A DNA stretch of 64,000 nucleotides from an uncultured Planctomycetota bacterium (GTDB lineage Bacteria; Planctomycetota; Planctomycetia; Isosphaerales; Isosphaeraceae). The notes beneath the pieces were generated by a model, which was not told the origin of the DNA, did no database searches, and saw nothing but the letters and a program-made list of their open reading frames with translations. Made by a program: the position numbers and the translations under genes. The DNA lies in assembly GCA_963845755.1 (NCBI GenBank), contig CAWJTV010000047.1, forward strand, positions 32,001-96,000, in the 5' to 3' direction. The stretch's first letter is position 1. Every line of letters starts with the position of its first letter. Positions 34,607-45,796 of this stretch are shown here, one piece after another.

Positions 34607-37600
34607 TCATTGCGACGACTTTGACGTTGGGGAGGCACGCCGGTTTACAGCGTCGCGGCGGGCCCGGGCCGTCGGGGCATCCGGATCCCCGGGAAATCTG
34701 GCGAGGAGCCGTTCATAAGATTCGGCGGCCTCGGCCCACTGATCGAGTCGTTCGTAAACTTTTCCCGCTTCTAGCAGCGCAGCGGCCTGCCAGCGGGGGG
34801 CATTGTAGAGGATGTCGACCTGGAGGAACTCGCGGAGGGCCTCGTGGCGCCGATCCTCGTGGAAGTACGTCTCGCCACGCAGCAACTGGGCCTGTGCGCC
34901 CAGCTCATTCCCGGGTTTCGCATCGATGACGGACTGAAATGCAGAACGCGCCTCGTCCAGACGGCCCTGACCCATGAGGGCCTGTCCCCGCGCATAATCG
35001 AGCTCGGGGATCGACGGATCGCCCGCGGCCAGTTCGGATCGGAGCGACTGGATCGCCGGGATCACGGGCTTCCACCGTTTCCGGACCACCCAGGTTTGAA
35101 TCTGCTTCAATCGAACGACTCGCCGGAACGCCGGAGGATCCTGGGCGTCAGATGGCTCGTCGAGGAGGGCCGTGAATCCGGCCTCGGCCGCGGCGGCGTC
35201 CCCGGTGTTCAGGGCGGACTCGGCGCGCAAGAATCGGGATTCGCGACGGTACGGTGAGTCAGGAAACTCGGCCAGCAGCCGATCGAGCGTGGTCGCGGCG
35301 CCGGCCCAGTCCCGGAGGTCCACCTGGGCGCGCCCCAGCCGATACAGGATCGCGGGGAGCAGGCGCGCCGGCGGGAGTACCCCCCCGCCTTCGGCGCGTC
35401 GGCGGGCTCCTTGACAACCAGGGGTAACAGGAGCCGGATCACGTCCTGATACTGATGATCCTGGTAGGCCGATTCCGCGAGATTGAACCGCGCGTCGGCC
35501 GAATAAGGGCTCTGGGGATACTCCGCCAGGAGTCGTTTGAACACGCGGTCGGCCTCGGCCGGCTTGGCGGCATCGACAAGCGACCAGCCCCACTCGGCGA
35601 GCACGGCGTCAACCGTCGTCCCTGCTTTGGCGAGGGATTCGCGTAGGTGCGGATCAGACACGAGCCGCTCGAACACAGAGGCCGCATCCGCGTTACGGCC
35701 CAACCGGGCGATCAGCCGGGCTCGGGCCAGGACAGATCGGAGTCCCTCATCGGTCGTGGAGAATCGTTCCGCGACGCGCTCGTAGGCCGCGAGGGCGTCG
35801 CCGGTTTGGTTGGCGGCTTCGAGCGCGCGGGCCTGCGCCAGGGCGATCTCGGGCGCGATCGGGTCGCCTGGGGCCATTGCGAGGAACGCGGCGAACGTCT
35901 GGGCGGCCTCGCCCGGCTTGTTAAGTTCCGCAAGTGCCCGCCCAAGTCCGGCGAGCGCGCCGGAGTCTCAGGGCCGGCTCGATCTCCTTGTCGCCTTGTG
36001 AGGGCACCAGCCGAAACTGCTCCGCCGCCCGATCCGGTTGATGGGCAGCCAGTGCGGCCTCGCCCAACCGGAGCCGCGTGCGGGGGAGGGCCTTGCTGGC
36101 GGGGAACTGGTCCACCATCATGGCCAGGGTCTTCCAGGCGTCGTCGGCCCGGCCGGCCCCGAACTGAGCGACCGCCAGATGCGCCAGGGCGTACTCGGCG
36201 ACGTCACCTCGAGGATTCGCGGCCAGGTACCGCTCCAGCGGCCCGAGTGCCTGGGCGTATCGGCCCGCCTCGACCTGTTCTTGACCGAGAAGGAACAGCG
36301 CATCGGCGGCGACGGTGTCGTTTTTCGACTCCGAGAGGCGTGCGAGGAGGGCATCCGACTCAGCAGATCGGCCCAGGGCGCGGTACACCAGGGCGAGCTC
36401 ATAGCGCGCGTCCTGCGCGGCCGTCGCGGAGAGTGCGGGAGCCGAGCCCTCATTCGCGCCGGGAGGCGGGTTGAGGAGGGATTCGAGGATCGTCGCCGCC
36501 GCGCGGTGGTCGCCCGTCTTCGCCGCGGCTCGAGCCGCGATCAGTTGGACATCGCCACGCAGGGGACTCCGCGGGAATCGGGTGACGAATTGATTCGTCA
36601 GCTTCCGCGCCGTCGGGGAATTGCCTCGTTCGAGTGCCGTCTGGGCGGTGCGCTGCAAGGCATCGTCGGCCCAGGCATCGTCCGGGTCGGCTTCGACGAC
36701 CTTGAGGAACAGTTCCTCGGCCTCGGCCAGGCGCTTGAGTTTCCGCAGGGCCTCGGCAGAGCGGAATTGCAACGCGGACATCAAGGGGGACTGTGGTGAA
36801 TTCTTCGCGGCGGCCTCCAGAGTGGCCAGGGCGTCCGCCGGGTGGTTCTGTTCCAACTCGATTGTCGCCAGCTCCAGCGCGGCCTGAACCCCCAAAGCCT
36901 CCGCGGGAAGGCCGGTCAATTTCTTGAGGAGCACCTCGGCTTCCGCCGACCGGCGGAGCCGATGAAGGGCCTGGGCGCGTCTTAGCCACGCTTCGTGCTT
37001 TAAGGCGCTGTCGGGCGCCGCCCGCTCCAGGGCCAACATCGCCGCAACGACCTCCGCGAACTGCCCCGCCGCTTGATGGATCGCTCCCACTTGCAGCCAG
37101 GCGCGGTCCACCCATTCCGGGCCCCCTCTCTGCGTCAACTCCTGCAATATACGGAGTGCCCGATCGTGTTCTCCCAGCCCGGCGAGTGTCCGGCCCAGGC
37201 CGTACCGGGCTCGATCCGCCAATTTGGCGCGCGGAAACTTCGACAAGGACCGTTCATAGGCGATCTTCGCCCCGGCGAGATCCTTCAACCCGTAGCAGAC
37301 ATCCCCCAGGTAAGTCCAGGCGGTCTCGAGCGCCGAGTGATCGGCTTTCGTCGCGGTGAACGTTTCGAGGGCCTGACGCGCGGCGGGTAGATCGCCCATC
37401 AGGTAAGCGAGTTCCCCCAGGCGGTAGCGTGCGGTCAACGCCCGGGAATCCGCCGGCGCCTCTTTCAGAAACGTTTCGAAGGCCCGTCGGGCGTCCTCAT
37501 GTCGCCCCTGGTACAGCCGGGCGTTGCCAAGCCCGAAGTGCGCATCAACCCGATCCAATCCCTTCGGGCCGGTCAACAGGAATCGATCGTATTCCGCGGC

Positions 37601-37873
37601 CGCCAGGTCGAACTTCCGCTGACGGAAGAGGCCGTGGGCGAACTTCAAAGCGTCCGGGATCGTGCGCGGGGCGGTTCCGAGGTTCTCCCCGTCGCGCGCT
37701 TGCGGAGCCGACGATGAGCCGTTGGATTTCGACGAGGCATCCTGGCCGATCGATTCCCGCGCCATCAGGGCGATCACCGCCAATACCGCGGGGACCCAGA
37801 TGAGATCGATGGTGATTCCGCGTTTCTCCACTCGGGCTGACGACGGCAGAACCTCCTTGCGGATACGGGACAT
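34607..37873 (-). CDS. Large exported tetratricopeptide-repeat protein; frameshifts near 35950 and 35370
   Basis: Many TPR units (AHFGLGNARLY, ARYRLGELAY, ARFNLAESAY, AQLLRGETYFH..ALREFLQVDILY..WQAAALLEAGK) after a hydrophobic N-terminus. Confidence 0.88.
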
Positions 37874-37967
37874 TTCCGACTCCTTTGTCCTATTCAAGGC
37901 TTCTCGGAAAGGACGCCGCAACGTCGCGCCTCATCGTCGCGGCAGACCGTGTCAGCCACCCGCGAGG

Positions 37968-38183
37968 TCAAGCGGTGTCCCCGTCGCCCGGAGCCTCTTC
38001 ATCGGGTGGGTTGCTGAGCATGGTCATGATGTGCCGGGCCAGATGATCCTCGATCTCGCGGTGGCGAGGAACTGGTTGGGACACCCCGGTGACCGGATTT
38101 CGGTACCAGTCGTGCCGACCCCCATGCCGGACCAAGACACACCCCAATCCCGCTATTGTGCGGATCAGGTCGACCCGCTTCAT
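37968..38183 (-). CDS. hicA: HicA family toxin
   Basis: MKRVDLIR..GCVLVRHGGRHDWYRNP..QPVPRHREI. Confidence 0.92.
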   Translation of the reverse strand: MKRVDLIRTIAGLGCVLVRHGGRHDWYRNPVTGVSQPVPRHREIEDHLARHIMTMLSNPPDEEAPGDGDTA

Positions 38184-38371
38184 GGGATCACCAACTCATC
38201 GACCTTGCGGATACCAGGCAGTTCGCCGCTCGTCAGGTCCCGGTAGAGGTCGGCCAGATGTTCCTTCAGGTCATCCAGCGAGTCGCCCTGGGTCCAATAG
38301 TCGGGGTAATCGAGCAGATATCCGAGGAAGGCGTCCTCGTCTTGCCAGTGGATGAATTTGATGATCTGCAT
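38180..38371 (-). CDS. hicB: HicB family antitoxin (short, no DNA-binding domain)
   Basis: WQDEDAFLGYLLDYPDYWTQGDSLDDLKEHLADLY; ATGA overlap with hicA; GGAGG RBS. Confidence 0.88.
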   Translation of the reverse strand: MQIIKFIHWQDEDAFLGYLLDYPDYWTQGDSLDDLKEHLADLYRDLTSGELPGIRKVDELVIP

Positions 38372-38674
38372 GCGGATCCTCCGGAGTCTGCGACTCTCGA
38401 TCAGAATTGTAACCCGATACCGGCCGTTCCGCCAAGCCGCACTCCTTCCTGCCGCGACCACCATGTCATGCCGGTCGTGCCATGGATTATCATCGAGCAA
38501 TAGGGAGGTGCAACACCGCTCGAAAGCCACGTGCGGACACCGGACCAGGATGCGATCCTGGACTCAAGAGGATCGAGCGCAACGCTCGCATGCGTTAAAC
38601 TGGTAGGTGAGGCCAGTCTCTCCCTCCCGTGCGACGAGCCGGCTCCGACTCAGATCGAGATGGAATCCCGACCG

Positions 38675-41109
38675 ATGAGCCAGGAACTGCATTACACCTC
38701 GGTACCTCATGGTTTGAAGCCGGGCAGCCGCGGCTTCGGCGCGGTCGGCGTCACCGCCGATCTGCCGGACCTGCTCGCCGAGCGGCTTGAGAGCCTCAGC
38801 GGTTACCAGGTCGTGTATCCGCCCGGGGATCCTTCGGCTGCGCTCAACCCGGTCGTGCACGCGCACGTGAGGTTAACCGTCGGGGGCAAGGTGCTCGATG
38901 TACTGTCGCGGATCGGTCCGGCGGGGCTGGACTATTCGGGGCGGCCGAACAAGTACGCACACCACGTCGTTCTTGACGCCGACGAACGCCCCCAGGGCGG
39001 ACCCGCCTGGTTGCTGAGCCAGCCGGGATTCCTCCAATCGGCCTGGACAGGCGAGGCGCGAATCCTCCACGAGGGGCCTAAGGTCCCGCCCGGCGACCGG
39101 CCGGCCGGCATCGCCGAAGCCTGGCAGGCTCTGACTGGCGACGCCGGTTGGGCCGGCGTAATGGCCGAGTCCTATCTGGCCGACCCCCGCCGACCCCTCT
39201 TCCTCGTCTTCCGACCGGGAATGGACCTGCTGCCCCTGTTTGTCGAGGCCATCGCGCTGTTGCCGGTATCACGGCGCTGGGAGGTCGAATTCAGCACGTA
39301 TTTCACCACGCTTCCCCAGGGTGTCACCAGTATCTGGAGGGGTGTCCTTGACGGCTCGGCCGAAGCCAGGAACGCCAGCCGACTTCCGAACGCCCTGATC
39401 GTCAACCTCTGCCGCCCCGCCGGACGCGCCCGAGGAAATGCCCTCGTCCATCTCGCCCGCACGGGGGAGCGCCGAGAGACGGCCGGCGCGGAGAACGCGC
39501 CCTCATCCACCGAGTCGGGTCGTGGGGCGCCCCGGATGGCCGGTCCGCCACGCCTCCATCCCGGCGAGCGCGCTCGCGGATCCAGGTCAGGCGCGCACGG
39601 CATTCCGGATCCTCTCCCGGATCTCGCCGCGCGGATGGCGGCATCCGCACTGGTACTCTCCGACGGCAATCTCAATCGGAAACGACGTCGGTCGCGCACG
39701 ACCCTCGCTGCGACCGTCGTGGCCGTCTGCCTCGTCCCTCTGATCGCCGCTGGACTCTTCTGGTCGCCGGCCCTTCGCAAGCAGTTCGGATTCGAGCCCA
39801 CGGTGAGACCGTCGACCGCCGGTCTCGTCGGGCGGCTTCCCCCATCGACCACGACCCCCATCGCCCGCCACGACCACCCAAAAGAATCCGAGGAGAAATC
39901 CGCTCTCAAGGAAGCCGCGACGAAGCCAGGACCGCCGCCGCTCCCGACTGTCGCGACCTCGCCAGAGGCCGTCCGCAAATCGGAAGCGAAGGTGTCTCCG
40001 GCACCCGAACCCCCGGCCCAGCAACCGCCATCCCGATCCCCTCCACGCCCCGACCGAGTGGACCGGCGATCGTGGCGTTCGCCCTCCCGGATATCCCCAG
40101 GTCTCAGTTCGGTGGCCCGGTCCGGCAAGATTGCGAGCTGACCCTCCCGGAAGATGCGGGCGACCGGCTCGAGATCCTCAACGCCCCAGGGCTCCGGCTC
40201 GTTCCACCGAGCGGATCGAAGCCCTGGGAGATCGCCACAAGAGCCGGGATCAGTCGCCTCGATAGTCCCTCAACCCTCGCCGAACTCAGTCAGAAGGACG
40301 CGCGGACCTGGCGGTTCGGCTGGACCAAGGACGCGAGCAAGCACTCAGTCCGCGCCGACGAACTCAGGGACACGGTCTTGAAATTCCCGGCCCGAGACGG
40401 CCGTACCCTCTTCGCCTTGCTGCGCGCCGTCGAACCCCGCGACGACCGACCGCTGGCGATCGTCACGAACCAGCCCCTCCTGTTCGACCGCCTCGAGCCT
40501 CGAACCCGATCGGTCGTCTGGACGCGCCATCCCGAGGCCCTCTCGGGGACGAAGTGGAAACTGATCATCAATCGTTGGAGGCTGGTCATCTCGCGTCCCG
40601 ATTCCGACAAAGAACCCACGAGGCGCGCGTTCGAGTCGATAAGCGGCGAGTCCAGAAAAGACCCCCAGGTGCCGGGTGCGACGAGCGCGCGCGACGTGAT
40701 CCCCGGCGAGGTGACCCTCAAGCTGTCGATCGATCCCGAGAGTCTCGATACGATCATCGTGCGGCTTGTCCCTGACCGCGACCGGGCGACCGAGGGTCGC
40801 AAAGAGCGCGCCGGCCGTCGGAAGACGCTACAGGAAGACACTCCCAAGGACGGGGAGGGCCGCGATCGCGACCCCATCGCCTACCGCCGCGACAAGCTCC
40901 GAGAGCTCGAAACGGCCGGAACGAAGGATGAACCGGCGATCAAGACGATCAAAGAGGAGATCCGTGGTTTGAAGGAGCTTGACGAGATCCAGCAGACCGA
41001 AGAGCTGCTGGCGAAGCCGGCGCGAACCGAGCTCAGCGTGGTCATCGCCATGGAACTCGACGACTCGACCATCCTGGAGATCGCCAAGATCGGCGACTTT
41101 GCCGATTAG
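38675..41109 (+). CDS. GAP1-N2/GAP1-M-like domain protein with TM helix and C-terminal extension; frameshift near 40060
   Basis: MSQELHYTS..GLKPGSRGF..LESLSGY..SRIGPAGLDYSGRPNKYAHH (GAP1-N2-like, recognised from memory); WQALTGDAGWAGV..EAIALLP..RRWEVEFSTY; TM ATVVAVCLVPLIAAGLFW. Confidence 0.75.
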
Positions 41110-41222
41110 TCCGTTGTAAGTCTTCCCTTCTGTGGCACCGATCAGGAGTGGGACGGAAGCGGCGAACGCCCGGCGGCTCAGAAGAACGGACCACGGACCC
41201 TGACCACTGACCACTGCGTAAA

Positions 41223-44174
41223 ATGACCGATCACTATCAAATCATCGACCAGATCCGGAGTATCCTGCACGCCGGCGACCACGGGCGTAACGGCCGTCTC
41301 GACGGGTTGGCGTCCGCCTATGCTGCCGCCTGCGACGAGGCCACGCAGCGGTTGGGGCGTTGTCACCGGCTGTTGCGGCAGGGGCTGCGATCGGAGGCGA
41401 TCCAGCTCGCCGAGTCTGCGCCGAATTTGCTCGACACCCTGGCGGCGCTCGATTTTCCCGAGCGGGCGGAGTGGGACGAGGTCGTGCAGTTCCACGACCT
41501 GACGCCCGCGCCGAAGCTGCCGATCGAGCCGGCACGCCTGCTCAACGAGGCGTACGCGGAGGAGGACCCGCTTCAAGACCTGCTCCGGCGACATCGCCGG
41601 CTGGCGTTGCAGCGGGCACCGCTCCGGTCGCGGATCGGCGTCCTGCGCCAGCTCGCGACCGAGGACCCGGGCAATGCGATCTGGTCGGATGATCTGCGGG
41701 CCTTCGAGGCGGTCCGGCTGATCCAGATCCAGGAGGAAGCGACCGAGCTGCTGCGCCATCACGAAACGGAAGCGATCGGCCGGCTGGTGGTGGAAGTCGA
41801 GCAGCCCGACTGGTCCGAGCCGCCGCCGCGGGCGCTGGTGCAATCCTTGCGGAAGCTCGACGCCCAGCTCCGCGGCGAGCGCGCCCGGGGTGTCCTCGAG
41901 GACGTCGGTGACCGGCTCGATGAGGCCCATAACGCGCGCGACCCGATCCGCGGACGGCTGGCGCGCCAGGAGTGGGTCCGGCTGGCCAATGCCGTGGCCC
42001 TGCCGCACGACGACCCGATCGCCGAGCGCGTCCGTCCGGCCCTCGACTGGCTCGACAATGAGGATCAGCGCGACTCCCAGAGCCGCCGACACGAGGAGGA
42101 CCTGGTCGCTCTGGGCCGCTTGCTCGATTATCCGGGAGCAATCCGCCCCGCCGAGCTGGAACGGCTGGCTCACGCCGTCGTCAGTCACGGACACGGTATG
42201 CCCGATGGACTCCAGCAGCGCTACATCACCCGCCTCCAGGCCGCGGAGTCCGCCCAGACGCGACGCGTCCGGCTGATCGCCGCCGGCTCGGCCGCTGGGG
42301 TCCTCCTCCTGGGAACCCTCGTGTATTACGCCGTCCGCGGCCAGGCTCGCGCCCAGGAGGCCAGTAACACGGCCGTCGCCATCAGCGACATGCTCGAGGT
42401 CGGCGAGCTCGACCACGCCGTCTCGCTCTTGAAGAAGCTCGAGGCCGCCGACCCGCAGCTCCTGACCTATCCCGCCATGGTCGCGGTCCGGGAACGCGTG
42501 GACCTCGCCGAGAATCAAGAATCGGACCGGGCCTTGCGGTTCGACACGGCGATGCGCGAGGCCGAGTCCGCCCCGATCTCGGTGACGCCGCCCCCCGCGC
42601 TGGAATCGGCGCGCTCCCTGGCCCGGCTCGACACCGAGAAAGCGGCCGTCTCCAACCTCGTGCAGAGCCGGGCCGAGAAGATCGGCGCCGACCAGACGCA
42701 GCGGGCCAAGGAGCTAAATCCGCGCCTCGACGAGATCGGCCGGGCGGTCGATCGGATCGAGAAGCAAGCCGAAACGACCGGACCGGCGGCGGCCGACGAG
42801 TCCGCGATCCTCGGCCCCCTGGCCGACGCCCAGCGCACGCTGGCCGCCGTCGATCCCGACGTCGCCCTGGCCGGTGCGGAGGTCCAGGACCGGGCACGAC
42901 GCCTGTCGGACCGGCTCGAGGCCGTACGCAATCGCCTGGATCGGCGCCACCTGCAATCCCAGCTCGAGGAGGCCATCACGACCGTCGTCGCGTATTCACC
43001 GAACGCGCGTGGATTCACCGCCTCGACGGAGTACGTCGCGGCCCTCGAGTCCTACATCAAGTCCTTCCCCGATCTGCCTCGCTCGCGAGGGTTCACCGAG
43101 ACGCTCCGGGATCAGCTCCTGTGGAATGCGGTCGCCCAGTGGGACCGGCTGGCGGCCGGCTGGAAAGGCGGTCAGCCCGCGGTCGGCGCCCGAGAGGCCA
43201 AGGTCCGGAGCGAACAGTGCAAGCAATTCCTGACCCAGCACCCCGGCTCGCCCGACACCGATCGCGTCGCCGCCTACCAGCGCGCCATGGAGGCCGTCGC
43301 CCACCGCATTCCCGACGGCGATGGCGCGCTCTCCAAGGTGCATAACCTCCTCACCGACCTGCTGGTCGACAACCTCTGGATGGTCACCGTCAAGCCACCA
43401 TTCGCCGAGGCAGCCCGGCGCTACTACCTGACCCAGAGGCCCCCGGCCGCCGCGAAGTCCTTGCGCTACCTGGTCGGCTTCGACGGCAAGGAGCGGACCC
43501 TCAAGGTGGTTGCCGACTGGATCGAGCGAACCGACATCGCGCCCCAGACGAAGATTTCGGCCCGGTTCAAGCCCAAGCTCTTCCAGGAGCCTGCCCAGAT
43601 CGATTGGGAGACCGTGATGGTCGACCTGATCGACCAGATCCGCAACCAGCCGGAGATCGACCCGATCCTCCAGGTCGCGCTGCTCCGCAACGTGCTCCAG
43701 TCGGCGGTCGAGGGGAGCGAACCGCTCCGCGGTGCCCTCGGCGGCTTCAAGAAACAGGTGGACCAGGCCGATGTGGACACGAACCTCCCCTGGATGGATC
43801 CGGAGAACGCGGAATCCGAACGGATGCGCCCCAAGGCCGCGGGGTTCATTCGCTCGCTGCCCGACCTGACCGCCGCGCGCAAGGAGGCGGCCGCCATTCG
43901 CGTCCGCCTCGATCGCCTGCTCGCGCGCCACCCGAAGCCGATCGGTTGGCTGGCCCGTGACGCCGAGGGTTGGCAGGTGCGGAGTGGTTCGGTCGTGCCT
44001 CAGGAGGGAACCCTCTGGACCATCATTCCCGGCGAAGCGGGTCGCGGCGCCTGGCGGAAAGTTGGTGTCATCAACCAGGCGAAGCCGAAGCTCTCCCTGA
44101 CCGACGACCCCGCGCTGGCCGAAGGGCGTCCGATCTTCGTCACATCCGCCGATGCGGAGGACATGGGGCCTTGA
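41223..44174 (+). CDS. 983-aa hypothetical alpha-helical protein with one central TM helix
   Basis: Long intact ORF with host-like codon usage; TM LIAAGSAAGVLLLGTLVYYAV near aa 355-375. Confidence 0.85.
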   Translation: MTDHYQIIDQIRSILHAGDHGRNGRLDGLASAYAAACDEATQRLGRCHRLLRQGLRSEAIQLAESAPNLLDTLAALDFPERAEWDEVVQFHDLTPAPKLPIEPARLLNEAYAEEDPLQDLLRRHRRLALQRAPLRSRIGVLRQLATEDPGNAIWSDDLRAFEAVRLIQIQEEATELLRHHETEAIGRLVVEVEQPDWSEPPPRALVQSLRKLDAQLRGERARGVLEDVGDRLDEAHNARDPIRGRLARQEWVRLANAVALPHDDPIAERVRPALDWLDNEDQRDSQSRRHEEDLVALGRLLDYPGAIRPAELERLAHAVVSHGHGMPDGLQQRYITRLQAAESAQTRRVRLIAAGSAAGVLLLGTLVYYAVRGQARAQEASNTAVAISDMLEVGELDHAVSLLKKLEAADPQLLTYPAMVAVRERVDLAENQESDRALRFDTAMREAESAPISVTPPPALESARSLARLDTEKAAVSNLVQSRAEKIGADQTQRAKELNPRLDEIGRAVDRIEKQAETTGPAAADESAILGPLADAQRTLAAVDPDVALAGAEVQDRARRLSDRLEAVRNRLDRRHLQSQLEEAITTVVAYSPNARGFTASTEYVAALESYIKSFPDLPRSRGFTETLRDQLLWNAVAQWDRLAAGWKGGQPAVGAREAKVRSEQCKQFLTQHPGSPDTDRVAAYQRAMEAVAHRIPDGDGALSKVHNLLTDLLVDNLWMVTVKPPFAEAARRYYLTQRPPAAAKSLRYLVGFDGKERTLKVVADWIERTDIAPQTKISARFKPKLFQEPAQIDWETVMVDLIDQIRNQPEIDPILQVALLRNVLQSAVEGSEPLRGALGGFKKQVDQADVDTNLPWMDPENAESERMRPKAAGFIRSLPDLTAARKEAAAIRVRLDRLLARHPKPIGWLARDAEGWQVRSGSVVPQEGTLWTIIPGEAGRGAWRKVGVINQAKPKLSLTDDPALAEGRPIFVTSADAEDMGP

Positions 44175-44335
44175 GGAAGGGGCGGGAATAACTTCCCGGA
44201 CTTCTACGGCGCGGGCCTCCAGGCCCCGCCGCCTGGCGGACCGAAGAGCCCCCGCCCACGTCGGGATTAGCGACGTTCGGATGGCCAGGTGGCAAGATCC
44301 GGAGACCTCGCGAATACCCGGCGCTACCCCATCTT

Positions 44336-44539
44336 GAATCGGGAATCCTGAGTCAGGAATCCTGAATCGGGAATCTCGAATCTCGAATCGGGAATCTCGA
44401 ATCTCGAATCGGGAATCTCGAAATCTCGAATCGGGAATCTCGAATCGGGAATCTCGAATCGGGAATCTCGAATCGGGAATCTCGAATCGGGAATCTCGAA
44501 TCGGGAATCTCGAATCGGGAATCTCGAATCCAGAATCGC
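44336..44539. repeat. Tandem heptamer array, 29 units (GAATCGG/GAATCTC, mostly alternating as a 14-mer)
   Basis: Read directly from the sequence; one unit has an extra A. Confidence 0.97.
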
Positions 44540-44616
44540 TGAGGATACGCGTTTCATTCCCACGCAGGACGCGGGCCGAAACGAGACCACGACACAGACT
44601 CGAGACATCACCGACC

Positions 44617-45432
44617 ATGTCAAGCGAAGAGGCAACCCGCGGTTGGTACGTGCGAGCGCGAGGGCGCGTGCTCGGTCCGATGACCTGGGCCCAGCTCCAG
44701 TCGTTGCGCGATCGCGGCCAGCTTGCAAGGTTCGACGAGGTCTCGCAGGACCGACAGAGTTGGACCGCCGCGGGTCGAGTGCCCCGGCTGTTCGCCCAGG
44801 GGGAGGCATCGAGTGGACGTGCACCGTCGCCGGCGCGGTCGAGCGGCTTGAACGATTACATCGTGCTCAGCGAAGACGACGTGGACCACGATGCGATCAC
44901 GGCCGGCCCGCCGATCGAGGGCGACGCCGAGTGGTACTTCGCCCGCGACCGGACGCAGCAGGGGCCGGTGCGGCTCTCGCAACTGCAACGCATGGCTGAC
45001 GCCGGCGAGATCGGACCGGACACGCTCGTCTGGAGGGATGGTCTAGCGCATTGGACTCGCGGCTCCGCGGTCGAGGAATTGCGATTCCCGATCCGCCTCG
45101 ACGCGATCGCGGCGGCTCAGGCGGACGTGCGCACCGCCCCGTCGGCCAGTGTGACACTCCCACCGCGCCAGGCCCGCGACGCAGTCCAGCCGACCAATCC
45201 TCCCCACCGCACGAGCATCCTGGCGATCAACAGCCTGATCTTGGGAGGCTTCTGGCTGTTCGGACTCGGCAGCCTGGCGGCGATCGTGCTGGGCGTGATC
45301 GCGATGCGTCAGATCGCCCGATCACAGGGGACGCTCACCGGCAGGCGGCTGGCCATCGCCGCGATCATTCTGGGAATCGCGGGATTGGGGCTAACGCTTG
45401 GCCTGCTGCTCTCCCCGCGCTCACCAGCCTAA
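44617..45432 (+). CDS. Tandem GYF_2 (DUF4339) domains plus DUF4190-like membrane anchor
   Basis: WYVRARGRVLGPMT..L; WYFARDRTQQGPV..L..GEIGPDTLVWRDGLAHW; TSILAINSLILG..AIVLGVIAMRQI..GRRLAIAAIILG. Confidence 0.88.
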   Translation: MSSEEATRGWYVRARGRVLGPMTWAQLQSLRDRGQLARFDEVSQDRQSWTAAGRVPRLFAQGEASSGRAPSPARSSGLNDYIVLSEDDVDHDAITAGPPIEGDAEWYFARDRTQQGPVRLSQLQRMADAGEIGPDTLVWRDGLAHWTRGSAVEELRFPIRLDAIAAAQADVRTAPSASVTLPPRQARDAVQPTNPPHRTSILAINSLILGGFWLFGLGSLAAIVLGVIAMRQIARSQGTLTGRRLAIAAIILGIAGLGLTLGLLLSPRSPA

Positions 45433-45578
45433 GAATGGACCGAGAATCACTTCCCGGATTCCGGAGTGGGACGCCCGGCTTCATCCGGTCCGTCCATCCG
45501 TTTCCGATGCCGCCTGGATGCGGTCTGCCCCAGAAGGCCTAACTTCCGGCGTGCTCTCTGGCGGTAAATCAAACCTTT

Positions 45579-45697
45579 GGATGCTTTTGGCGAATTGGTC
45601 CGGGGGCGTTGCTGGCGCGGGTAACCGCGCCCTGCTGGGCCAATCTTTCCGAGTCTCCGGCAGCCCGGCAGCACACAGGATCTTGCCAACGGTATCC
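45579..45697 (-). mobile_element. MITE (~119 bp) with IS1182-type ends, copy 1
   Basis: Ends ggatgcttttggcgaatt / ggatcttgccaacggtatcc resemble the TIR GGATACTGTTGGCGAATTCC. Confidence 0.6.
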
Positions 45698-45796
45698 CTT
45701 GGTTTGCCTTACTCAGGGCCGTTGGTTCTCCGGTCCGTTAACTGATAACCGTGCTTATATTCGATTGGGCCACATGCCGCCCCAGGCGGAGTCGGG

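Noticed and set aside
44324..44824. ORFs containing RFPIRDSRFEIPDS repeats (42996-44618 and 44324-44824, minus strand)
   Set aside because: Translation artefacts of the heptamer array, antisense to real genes.
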